From assembly GCA_018653485.1 (NCBI GenBank), contig JABHZE010000006.1:132491-196490 (forward strand): a stretch of 64,000 nucleotides of DNA, read 5' to 3'. This document shows, piece after piece, positions 15,849 through 24,823 of this stretch. The position numbers were made by a program, and so were the translations under genes. The DNA comes from an archaeon (GTDB taxonomy: Archaea; Nanobdellota; Nanobdellia; Pacearchaeales; GW2011-AR1). How positions within the stretch are numbered: position 1 is the first letter of the stretch; the number at the start of each line of letters is the position of its first letter. The notes beneath the pieces were generated by a model, which worked only from the letters and a program-made list of their open reading frames with translations, ran no database searches and had not been told where the DNA came from.

Positions 15849-18161
15849 ATGATAAATAAGAAAATAATTGGTGTTATTGCGTGTTTATTTTTAAGTTTAG
15901 TCTTAGTTGGATTTGTAAGTGCTGAGAATATAATTATAACTGAATGCACTACAATAAATGAATCTGGAGATTATGTTTTGGGAAGCGATGTTGTGCAAAA
16001 TGTTGATGAAAGATGTATGATTATAAATGCTAATGATGTTACACTTGATTGTCAAGGATATTCAATAACTAGTGATTTTGATAAATCTGGAATTTTTTCT
16101 GATAAGGATTATACTTCTGTGAGAAATTGTAATATTAATGTTGGAGAAGAGTATGTTTATGTTCCTGGAGTTGGAGGGTATCTTGGTGCAGGAATTAAAA
16201 TAGAATATTCTGAAGGAGCAATTATAGAGGATAATGTTTTAAATAATGGTTACATTGGCTTATTATTATTAGGGACTGATAATTCAATTGTTAGAAATAA
16301 TGTGGCTAATAGTAATTCTGAAGATGGTATTTTTTTATCTAGCTCTAGTAATTCTTATCTAGAGAATAATAATGTAAATAATAATGGGGATAATGGAATT
16401 TATGTTCATTCAGCTACAATTGGAAGTTCAAATAACAATATTTTAATTAATAGTGTTGCTAATTTTAATGGGGATAATGGTATCCTTTTTTATTCTAATT
16501 CTGTAGATTATTTAAATAATAATTTAGTGGATGGAGCAACATTACTTTCTAATGGTGCTTCTGGATTAAATTCAGGTAATCAGTATAATTCTACTTTTTT
16601 AAATATAATTTCAAAAAATAATGATGCTTATGGGGTAGTATTAATTTCTAGATATATTTCTTCAAATTCTGTTTTTTTAAATAATTGTGAAATTTCTGAA
16701 AATGGTGCTGAGGATATTTTAGCAATTTCTAGTTCTTCTCCAACAAATCAAGGACAAATTTTTGATGTAAATATTTTAGATGTCGATTATAGTTCTGAGA
16801 AGATAACTGAAAGTTATTCTAGCGCTATTATTGAAAGAAAATGGACACACCAAACACGAGTTGTTGATTCAACTGGAAATCCAATTGCTGATGCAAATGT
16901 TGAAATAAGGAATGCTTTGGATGAAATTATTTATATTGGAACAACAGATTCTGAGGGGAATTCTGAAATTGTGGAGTTGATTGAATATGTTAATAATGGT
17001 GAAGGGATAACCTCACACAATCCTTATACAATAATTATAACTAAAGAGGGTTATGTTGAAAATACCTTTGAATATGTTGCAGATTCTGTTGGAAATTCTG
17101 TTGTTGTACTTGAAGCAGTGCCTGTTGCAGCACCAAATCCAAATATAACTTCTTGTATGACTATTAATGAAACTGGAGATTATATTTTGATGGAAGATAT
17201 TGTTGCGGATAAGAGTAAATGTATTGAGGTTTTTGCTGAAAATGTTGTAATTGATTGTGCTGGGCACTCGATTACTAGTGATGAGTTTTCATCTGCTATT
17301 TATGCTGGAGATTTAGCTGATGGTTTGACTGTGAAGAATTGCAATATAGATATGAAAACTGGGGCTGGAATTTATTTGAAGGGTGTAAATGGGGGGAGGA
17401 TTGTTGATAATGTGGTTAGTGGACAATGGCATGGATTGTATATGGTTGATGTTACTGATACTGGTATTTTGGGTAATGATTTTGGTGGAAATCATTATCA
17501 TGGAATTTATGGAAGAAATTCTGATGGAAATGTTATAATGAATAATAATATTGTGAAAACTTCTGGAAGAGGTATTATGTTGCAAAAAGACTCTGATAAT
17601 AATACTATTACTGCAAATTATATTGAGAGGGCTATTCATGGAATTATGATTTCGGAAAGTGATTATACTTTGATTAATTCAAATACAATTGTAGATAGTT
17701 GGAATGACGCTTTTTCATTTTATAGAAGTTATGGTAATGTTGTTGAAGATAATGTTTTTGAGATTGTAGTGCCTGCACCTGTGGTTGTTGCTGAAACTCA
17801 AATAATTGAAACTCAAACTCTAACAACAGAACCTTTAACAACAGAAACATCAAGTATAGAAAGCACTCTTGATCCTGTTCCAGTTATAACTAATATGGAT
17901 TATGAATTTAAGAAATTAAATAGAAGAGGAAATAAGAGGAAAGTTGTAGTATCTGTTGATTTTGAAGATGATGATGTAAAGAAAGTTATGTATAAAATTA
18001 ATAATGGTAAATGGAAGAAGTTTTGTAGTACTAAGGGTGCTGCAGATGGAAATTGTGCAAGAGGAAAATATTTTAAGGTAGGAAAAGATTATACTGTTAA
18101 TTTCAAAGTTGTTGATAAAGAAGGGAATAAGGTTAAAGATAGTGTTGAGTTTAGTGTTTAA
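15849..18161 (+). CDS. Large (770 aa) secreted beta-helix (PbH1/NosD-like) surface protein, paralogous modules to the upstream gene
   Basis: Signal peptide IGVIACLFLSLVLVGFVSA. Two copies of the CxTINExGxY...DCxGxSITS...VxNCNI module plus PbH1 repeats. Confidence 0.8.
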   Translation: MINKKIIGVIACLFLSLVLVGFVSAENIIITECTTINESGDYVLGSDVVQNVDERCMIINANDVTLDCQGYSITSDFDKSGIFSDKDYTSVRNCNINVGEEYVYVPGVGGYLGAGIKIEYSEGAIIEDNVLNNGYIGLLLLGTDNSIVRNNVANSNSEDGIFLSSSSNSYLENNNVNNNGDNGIYVHSATIGSSNNNILINSVANFNGDNGILFYSNSVDYLNNNLVDGATLLSNGASGLNSGNQYNSTFLNIISKNNDAYGVVLISRYISSNSVFLNNCEISENGAEDILAISSSSPTNQGQIFDVNILDVDYSSEKITESYSSAIIERKWTHQTRVVDSTGNPIADANVEIRNALDEIIYIGTTDSEGNSEIVELIEYVNNGEGITSHNPYTIIITKEGYVENTFEYVADSVGNSVVVLEAVPVAAPNPNITSCMTINETGDYILMEDIVADKSKCIEVFAENVVIDCAGHSITSDEFSSAIYAGDLADGLTVKNCNIDMKTGAGIYLKGVNGGRIVDNVVSGQWHGLYMVDVTDTGILGNDFGGNHYHGIYGRNSDGNVIMNNNIVKTSGRGIMLQKDSDNNTITANYIERAIHGIMISESDYTLINSNTIVDSWNDAFSFYRSYGNVVEDNVFEIVVPAPVVVAETQIIETQTLTTEPLTTETSSIESTLDPVPVITNMDYEFKKLNRRGNKRKVVVSVDFEDDDVKKVMYKINNGKWKKFCSTKGAADGNCARGKYFKVGKDYTVNFKVVDKEGNKVKDSVEFSV

Positions 18162-18219
18162 GGCAGGTGGTTAGTTTTATATATTTCTGTTGGTAAGTTG
18201 TTATTAGGTTGTTGAGAAT

Positions 18220-19257
18220 ATGTTAAAAAGAAAACAAGTTAATGAGATAAGGGAGCATTTAGAAAGGGCTCAGAATCCGTTATTTTTCTTTGATAATGAT
18301 AATGATGGTTTGTGTAGTTTTTTGCTTTTGAGAAGGTTTATAGGTCGTGGGAGAGGTGTTGCTATCAAGTCTTTTCCTGATTTGAATGTTAGTTATTATC
18401 GGAAGGTTAAGGAGTTAAATCCCGATTATATTTTTATTTTAGATAAGCCTCATGTTTCTAAGGAATTTCTGGAGAAGGCGGAAAATGATAATGTTCCTGT
18501 TGTTTGGATTGATCATCATAATGTGGATAAACCTGATAATGATTATGTAGATTATTATAATCCTTATTTTAATGATAAAACTAATGAACCTGTATCTTAT
18601 CTTGCGTATAAAATTGCTAATAAGAAAGATGATATTTGGCTTGCTATGATTGGATGTATAAGTGATTGTTATATGCCTAGTTTTTATAAAGATTTTAAGA
18701 AAAAATATCCTGATTTGGCTAAGGTTAATGCAAAGAGTGCTTTTGATTTACTTTATAATTCAGAGATAGGAAGAATTGCAAGGATTTTGGATTTTTCATT
18801 AAAAGATAGTATAACTAATGTTGTGAATATGATTAGATTTATGATGAAAGTTAAAGGACCTTTAGATATAGTTGAGGAGAATAGTAAGACTAAACAAATT
18901 TTAAAGAGATATAATGAAATAAATACTAAATATCAGGAATTAATGATTAAAGCGAGAGATGTTGTTGAAAAGAATTTGATTTTTTTCAAGTATAGTGGGG
19001 GCTTGAGTATAAGTTCAAATATTGCTAATCAGTTGATTTATGAATTTCCAAATAAAGTTATTATTGTTGTTTATGTTAATGGGGAGATAGCGAATATTTC
19101 TGTTAGAGGTAAGAATGCTAGAAATATAACTTTGAAAGCTATTGAGGGGATTGATGGGGCGACAGGTGGGGGGCATGAAGAAGCTACTGGAGCTAAGATG
19201 GATGTAGATAATTTGAGTAAATTTAGAACAAATGTGGAAGAGTTGATTAAGGGTTAA
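18220..19257 (+). CDS. DHH/DHHA1 phosphoesterase (archaeal RecJ/NrnA-like)
   Basis: Motifs FFFDNDNDGLCS, WIDHHN, GATGGGHEEATGA. Confidence 0.7.
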   Translation: MLKRKQVNEIREHLERAQNPLFFFDNDNDGLCSFLLLRRFIGRGRGVAIKSFPDLNVSYYRKVKELNPDYIFILDKPHVSKEFLEKAENDNVPVVWIDHHNVDKPDNDYVDYYNPYFNDKTNEPVSYLAYKIANKKDDIWLAMIGCISDCYMPSFYKDFKKKYPDLAKVNAKSAFDLLYNSEIGRIARILDFSLKDSITNVVNMIRFMMKVKGPLDIVEENSKTKQILKRYNEINTKYQELMIKARDVVEKNLIFFKYSGGLSISSNIANQLIYEFPNKVIIVVYVNGEIANISVRGKNARNITLKAIEGIDGATGGGHEEATGAKMDVDNLSKFRTNVEELIKG

Positions 19258-19417
19258 TTTTATAAATGCAAATATTTTGAGAGTTTTATGAATAATCAAG
19301 AATTAATTAATAAAAGTTTAGCAATACCAATAAACTAATTCTAGTTGTGACGTTATTTTCTACTTAGATATTATTTTAAATATTTTATTTAAACTCATTG
19401 TTTAGATACATTTCAAA

Positions 19418-20353
19418 ATGAAAAAAGTTAAAGATTTTATATGGAAACCAAGTATGACTGTTGAAGAATTGACAGACAATTTTTCTAGCTTAGGCTATCA
19501 ATCAATTGAATTAAATCATGCGATTGATGTTATTTTGAAGATGAAAAGAACAAATAGTAAGGTTTTTTTAACATTTACTTCAAACATGGTTACTTCTGGA
19601 TTAAGGGGATTTTTTGCACAATTATGCGAAATGAAAATGGTGGATATATTAGTTACAACTTCTGGTTCAATTGAAGAAGATATAATGAAATCATTAGGAG
19701 AAGATTTTGAAGTTTCAAATTTTCATGCAGATGATACTTCATTACATGAAAGAGGAGAAAATAGGGTTGGAAATTTAGTAATTAGAAATGAAAGTTATAT
19801 GAAATTTGAAGATAAAATGGGGGAAGTGTTAAATAAGATTTATGATAAGAAAAAAAGAATATCCTCATCTGAATTACTTTATGAAATTGGGTTGCAATTA
19901 GATGATGAAAATTCTATTTTGTATCAGGCATCTAAAAATAATATTCCAATCTACTGCCCAGGAATTGCAGACTCATCATTTGGTTTCCAACTTTTTATGT
20001 TTCAACAAAAAAATCCTGATTTTATCGTCGATACAATATTAGATATGAATAGAATAGTAACAGACCTAAGTTTTGATGAAAAAAAAGGTTTAATCAGTTT
20101 AGGAGGTTCAATCTCCAAACACTATGCAATTTTCTCAGCTCTTCTAAGCGGAGGATTTGATTATGCAGTCTATCTCACTACTTCACACGCAACATCAGGC
20201 TCTCTTTCAGGAGCAACAACACAAGAAGCAAAGTCTTGGGGAAAATTAAAAGATGATGCAGAGGCATCAACTGTTAATGGGGATGTTTCAATAACATTTC
20301 CTTTGATCATGTGTAGTGTGTTGGATAAGTTGGAAAAGGAGGGGTTGGTTTAA
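19418..20353 (+). CDS. dys: Deoxyhypusine synthase
   Basis: 311 aa. LTFTSNMVTSGLRG, TSGSIEEDI and LGGSISKHY are consistent with the DHS family. Confidence 0.8.
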   Translation: MKKVKDFIWKPSMTVEELTDNFSSLGYQSIELNHAIDVILKMKRTNSKVFLTFTSNMVTSGLRGFFAQLCEMKMVDILVTTSGSIEEDIMKSLGEDFEVSNFHADDTSLHERGENRVGNLVIRNESYMKFEDKMGEVLNKIYDKKKRISSSELLYEIGLQLDDENSILYQASKNNIPIYCPGIADSSFGFQLFMFQQKNPDFIVDTILDMNRIVTDLSFDEKKGLISLGGSISKHYAIFSALLSGGFDYAVYLTTSHATSGSLSGATTQEAKSWGKLKDDAEASTVNGDVSITFPLIMCSVLDKLEKEGLV

Positions 20354-20354
20354 G

Positions 20355-20915
20355 ATGGATGCGGATAATAAACCAAGAATAATTAGAGGATATCATTATA
20401 CTAATGATGTTGCTTATGGTGAGATGAAAAAGATTAGTTATTTAACACCGGTTTCTAATTATCCTGGTCGAAAAGAAAATGTAACATTTGGTTTTTTAGA
20501 AAAAGAGCCAAATTCATGGATTCAATCAAAAGAGTTTCCTAACATATGGAATGAGCTTTTAGAACATTTATGTTATAATGCAATAACAAGTGGAGCAGAT
20601 AATTTAATTGTTTTAGGATTTGATATAATTCAAGGAGATGAAGCTTATGTAATTGATAGAGGAATATATGAAAGAGGCACTAATAATGCAAGAAATCCAT
20701 GGGATATAGAATCTTTTAGGGCTTCAAGAGATTATCGGATTTCTAGAATCTTAGTAGATGAATATAATGGAGAACATGAATTACCTGAATTAGTCATTCA
20801 TAATTGTATTCCTTTGGAAAGATTGAGAATAGAATCTAAAATATGTATAAAATCTTTAGAAAATGTTGAAGGAGAGGTAAAAAATCTCTGGGGGTTTTTA
20901 CAAAATGCAAGCTAA
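20355..20915 (+). CDS. Hypothetical protein coupled between dys and a PLP decarboxylase
   Basis: ATG 2 nt after the dys stop. 3' end overlaps the next gene by 11 nt. No motif recognised. Confidence 0.45.
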   Translation: MDADNKPRIIRGYHYTNDVAYGEMKKISYLTPVSNYPGRKENVTFGFLEKEPNSWIQSKEFPNIWNELLEHLCYNAITSGADNLIVLGFDIIQGDEAYVIDRGIYERGTNNARNPWDIESFRASRDYRISRILVDEYNGEHELPELVIHNCIPLERLRIESKICIKSLENVEGEVKNLWGFLQNAS

Positions 20916-21984
20916 ATTCATCCTATCAAAATCAATTCTTCAAGAACAAATAAACAAACTTAAAAATCTAAATCTAAAAATCTCATACTCCTACAAAACA
21001 AACAGAGTTGTGGGAAAAACAATACAACAATTAGACCCAGAAATTCAATTCTCAATCCATGCTCAAGAAGAAATCCAAGACATTCAAGACAAATCTAAAA
21101 TCTGGTTTTTCACACAAGCTGAATCAGAGAAAGAACTTCAAGAACTTTTAAATCAAAACATAACAAATTATGTTATAGATAATGAAGTAGATTTACAAAG
21201 AATCCTAAACACAATTCAAAATCAAGATAAGAAAATCAATCTAAGTCTAAGAATGAAATTTATGGAACATAGAATAGGGACTGGAAAATATTTTGTTTAT
21301 GGAATGCCTTCAACAACAATAAACAAACTTATCCAACAAATAAAAAACAATCCAGAAATAAACAAAAAAATAAATCAACTAGGAATCCACTTACATAGAA
21401 AATCTCAAAATACAAGCGAGTGGGAAATTAAACAAGAAATTGAAGACTCTCTAACACCAGAATCCCTAAAAAATATAGACTTCATAAACTTAGGAGGAGG
21501 TCTCCCATCTATTTACAGAAGTTCTTCAATTGATGTATCAAAATACATCTTCAACAAAATAAACGAAACAGTAGATTACTTAAAACAAAATAACATTCAA
21601 ACATTTATTGAACCTGGAAGATTTTTAGCAGCACCCTGCATTAAATTGGAAACAGAAATTATTCAAATCCAAGAAAATAAAAATATTATAATCAACACCA
21701 CAATATACAACTGTGCTTTAGATAATATACTTACAGGAACAAAGATGTTAGTTGAAGGTGAAGAAGAAAATCAAATACAACAATCAATCCAAACCCAAGA
21801 ACCTGAAACTCAAACATACCTCATAAAAGGAAACTCTCCAACAAGAGATGACATCTTTAGATACAAAGTCACATTACCAAAAAAACAAATTGGAGATAAA
21901 ATAATATTCTTAAATGCAGGAGCATATAATTATACTACTGATTTTTTTAGTTTTAAAAAACTCAAAACAGAAATAATTGATTAA
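20905..21984 (+). CDS. Orn/DAP/Arg-type (alanine racemase fold) PLP-dependent decarboxylase
   Basis: SYSYKTN (PLP lysine context), GIHLHR, INLGGGLP, EPGRFLAAP, GAYNY. Confidence 0.7.
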   Translation: MQAKFILSKSILQEQINKLKNLNLKISYSYKTNRVVGKTIQQLDPEIQFSIHAQEEIQDIQDKSKIWFFTQAESEKELQELLNQNITNYVIDNEVDLQRILNTIQNQDKKINLSLRMKFMEHRIGTGKYFVYGMPSTTINKLIQQIKNNPEINKKINQLGIHLHRKSQNTSEWEIKQEIEDSLTPESLKNIDFINLGGGLPSIYRSSSIDVSKYIFNKINETVDYLKQNNIQTFIEPGRFLAAPCIKLETEIIQIQENKNIIINTTIYNCALDNILTGTKMLVEGEEENQIQQSIQTQEPETQTYLIKGNSPTRDDIFRYKVTLPKKQIGDKIIFLNAGAYNYTTDFFSFKKLKTEIID

Positions 21985-22508
21985 ATACTCCTTTGATTAT
22001 TTCCTCTTCTAGTTACACCACTTCCATGATATCTAGGACATCTTGTTGTTGAACCTCTTTCTGCAGAATAGCCCTGTCCAGTTGGCAATCCCCATTTATC
22101 TGCTCTTGCCTGATCTGCATCTGCTTCAGCCATAATCTCATCCATCGGTTTTGATTCCATTGGTTTCTGCAAAATTTCTTCATTAGCCATCATTGTATCA
22201 TAACAATCAACTAATTCAGCACCGAATGTTCCTAGCCTAAAAGAACCATTATTATTAATCATACTTAATCCTCTTCCTAAATATCTTGGTTGCCCAATTC
22301 TTTCAACAATTGCTCTCCACATAGCTTCAGGTTCAGTCATAGAATCATCTACTGCAAGCCCCTCTAAAAAGTCATCATCTAACCTTTCATAATCTCTAGG
22401 TTCTAAAATCCTATCTACAGCATTATTACAACTAGCATTAAAATATCCTAATAATCTTTCTCTTATATCTAATGTCCTTTTGTTATATTCTGTCATCCTT
22501 GTCTTCAC
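21981..22508 (-). CDS. Hypothetical protein (orphan, R/D/E/G/M-rich)
   Basis: Long ORF downstream of proS on the same strand. Composition differs from K/I/N-rich neighbours. No motif recognised. Confidence 0.4.
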   Translation of the reverse strand: MKTRMTEYNKRTLDIRERLLGYFNASCNNAVDRILEPRDYERLDDDFLEGLAVDDSMTEPEAMWRAIVERIGQPRYLGRGLSMINNNGSFRLGTFGAELVDCYDTMMANEEILQKPMESKPMDEIMAEADADQARADKWGLPTGQGYSAERGSTTRCPRYHGSGVTRRGNNQRSI

Positions 22509-22618
22509 TTCTTATTATTTTAAATATTAATTAAAAAAATTATATCACAGGGGTTTTTAAATATTTTGGTTAGAAAAAATCAATCTTATAAAAACAAAAT
22601 TTACTATAATCAAACCAA

Positions 22619-24061
22619 TCAATAACTCTTAGCAATAAATACTGTGTGTTGAGCTTTTTTGTTTGAATAAACACATTTTCCTTTAGGATTATCATCGGTT
22701 ATGCAAAGTATTTTTGCTCCGCCTGTTTCATCTTTAATCGCTTCTTCATCATCTTGATTACCAGACCAAGAAGTTTTGACTATTTTTTTTTCTTGGATTG
22801 CTTGTTTTAACTCTTTCATATTTTTTACTTCTATTGTGTTGTCTTTTAAGAATTTTTTAGCTTTGGTGTATAGGGATTGATGAATTTTTTCTAAAATTTC
22901 TGGAATTGTTTTGTTTAAATCTTTAATCTTAACTGCTTGTTTATCTTTATTATCTCTTCTTGCAGTCATAACTTGATTATCTTTAATATCTCTTGGACCT
23001 AATTCAATTCTTAATGGAACTCCTTTCATTTCCCATTCATTAAATTTAAATCCTGGAGAATTATTTGAATCATCAATATCAACTCTTAGGTTTTCTTTTT
23101 CTAATTTATCTTTAATTTCATTAACTTTTTTCATAATTTTAGATTCTTCTGATTTTTTTGGAATAATTGGGATGATGATTATTTGTGTTTCTGCTATTTT
23201 TGGCGAGAGTACCAAGCCCTTATCATCAGAATGCATCATTATTGCAACACCAATTGTTCTTGTTGTTATCCCCCAAGAAGTTTGCCAGGGTAATTGCTTT
23301 TTCTCATTTTTATCTAAAAATGAAATATCAAAAGCTTTTGCAAAATTTTGTCCAAGCATGTGTGATGTTGCTCCTTGTATTGCTTTTCCAGAAGGTAAGA
23401 ATGCTTCAACAGTTAATGTAAAATCAGCGCCTGCAAATTTTTCTTTTTCTGTTTTTCTTCCTTTAATCACTGGTATAGCATACATTTCTTTGTAAACATC
23501 TTCATAAAAGTCCTGAATTGTTTTAACTTCTTTTTCAGCTTCTTGTTTTGTTTCAAATACAGAGTGTCCTTCTTGCCATAAAAATTCTCTTGAACGTAAA
23601 AATGGAATGGGATTTTTAAATTCCCATCTAACTACATTGCACCATTGATTTAATCTTAAGGGTAAATCCCTATAACTTCGAATCCATTTAGAATAAGCAG
23701 GATACATTATTGTTTCAGATGTTGGGCGGATTGCTAAAGGTTCTGTAAGTTTTGTATTACCTGATTTTGTAACCCATGCAACTTCTGGTGTGAATCCTTC
23801 AATATGCTGTTTTTCTTTCATTAAATTTGATTTTGGAATCAATAATGGGAAAGAAGCATTTCTTACTCCGTCTTTTTTAATTTTATCATCAAAATATTCT
23901 TTTACTTTCTCCCAAATAAAGTAGGACCTAGGGCGAAGGATATAAGCTCCAGAAATATCAGTGTATTCAATTAATTCTGCTTTTTGTAAAATCTGAGTAT
24001 ACCATTGAGATAATTCATCTTTTTCAGCAGTTAACCCTTTTGTATCTTTTTTTCCAACCAT
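22619..24061 (-). CDS. proS: Prolyl-tRNA synthetase (archaeal/eukaryal type)
   Basis: 480 aa, class II motifs, RPTSETIMY, C-terminal ...FIAKSY ending in Tyr as in archaeal-type ProRS. Confidence 0.9.
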   Translation of the reverse strand: MVGKKDTKGLTAEKDELSQWYTQILQKAELIEYTDISGAYILRPRSYFIWEKVKEYFDDKIKKDGVRNASFPLLIPKSNLMKEKQHIEGFTPEVAWVTKSGNTKLTEPLAIRPTSETIMYPAYSKWIRSYRDLPLRLNQWCNVVRWEFKNPIPFLRSREFLWQEGHSVFETKQEAEKEVKTIQDFYEDVYKEMYAIPVIKGRKTEKEKFAGADFTLTVEAFLPSGKAIQGATSHMLGQNFAKAFDISFLDKNEKKQLPWQTSWGITTRTIGVAIMMHSDDKGLVLSPKIAETQIIIIPIIPKKSEESKIMKKVNEIKDKLEKENLRVDIDDSNNSPGFKFNEWEMKGVPLRIELGPRDIKDNQVMTARRDNKDKQAVKIKDLNKTIPEILEKIHQSLYTKAKKFLKDNTIEVKNMKELKQAIQEKKIVKTSWSGNQDDEEAIKDETGGAKILCITDDNPKGKCVYSNKKAQHTVFIAKSY

Positions 24062-24121
24062 AAACGACTCAATTCCTCATACTATATAAATATTTATAAA
24101 TTTAAAAAAAGAAGCAAATTT

Positions 24122-24463
24122 ATGGGTTATGAACAAATAAGATTCTATTGCAGTTTTGATAGAGCTGTTTCTTTACTTAGCATATCTGGCTATTATTTAG
24201 AAGGGTTTGTAGAAATTGAAAATAAAAAAGAAGGTTATCTTGTTTATGGCAGAAGCCCTGATTTAAAAAGTCCTGTAGCTAAAATATTTAGAAATCAATC
24301 TTTTGAATTTTTAGAAGAACCTATTAGTAGGGATGCTAAAACTAGAAGAAATCAAATTCGAAAAACATTATTAGAAGGAATTGTCCAAATAACTAAAAAG
24401 AGGATAGAAAACACAGGGTTTGCAAAAAATAGTGCAAGAAAAGATAAAAATAATAAAAAATAA
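24122..24463 (+). CDS. Hypothetical protein
   Basis: 113-aa ORF divergent from proS. No motif recognised. Confidence 0.3.
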   Translation: MGYEQIRFYCSFDRAVSLLSISGYYLEGFVEIENKKEGYLVYGRSPDLKSPVAKIFRNQSFEFLEEPISRDAKTRRNQIRKTLLEGIVQITKKRIENTGFAKNSARKDKNNKK

Positions 24464-24464
24464 A

Positions 24465-24536
24465 TAGGCCCACGAGGATTCGAACCCCGATCAGCTGGGC
24501 CGAAACCAGCGACTTTATCCATTAAGCTATGGGCCC
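24465..24536 (-). tRNA. tRNA-Arg (anticodon TCG)
   Basis: Hand-folded cloverleaf: GGGCCCA-TA-GCTT-AATGGATA-AAGT-C-GCTGG-TTTCGGC-CCAGC-TGAT-CGGGG-TTCGAAT-CCTCG-TGGGCCT-A. GC-rich island, no encoded CCA. Confidence 0.85.
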
Positions 24537-24658
24537 TATTGAATATATATCTAATTTACCCTTTAAAATATCTTCCCTTTGTTGAAAATTTGTATGTGTT
24601 GGACAAAATCCATATTTTTTCCATATTAAATATCTTGATAGTTTGATATGTTATTATT

Positions 24659-24711
24659 CGAATTTATATTTCTTCCCCCCTAATTAATAAGGGGGAAAAA
24701 TTAAATTCTCG
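24659..24711 (+). repeat. Long-hairpin intergenic element, copy B (minimal form)
   Basis: CGAATTTATATTTCTTCCCCCC - TAATTAATAA - GGGGGAAAAATTAAATTCTCG. Confidence 0.6.
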
Positions 24712-24823
24712 AGAAAATTAGTAATATAAAAAAATTAATGAAGTGTGAAATTAGTGAAAACCTATTTAAATCTTTATTTGTTGTTTAATTTAATAAAAAA
24801 GGTGAAAAAAAGTAATATTTAAT

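Noticed and set aside
17013-17639. Minus-strand ORFs of 84 and 108 aa inside the second beta-helix gene
   Set aside because: They are antisense shadows of N/S/I-rich repeat coding sequence with no independent signals.
10835-18161. Diversity-generating retroelement targeting the giant surface proteins
   Set aside because: No reverse transcriptase motif (YxDD) was seen in any ORF, and there is no template/variable repeat pair with adenine-specific differences. The only nearby repeats differ by paired stem changes and indels.
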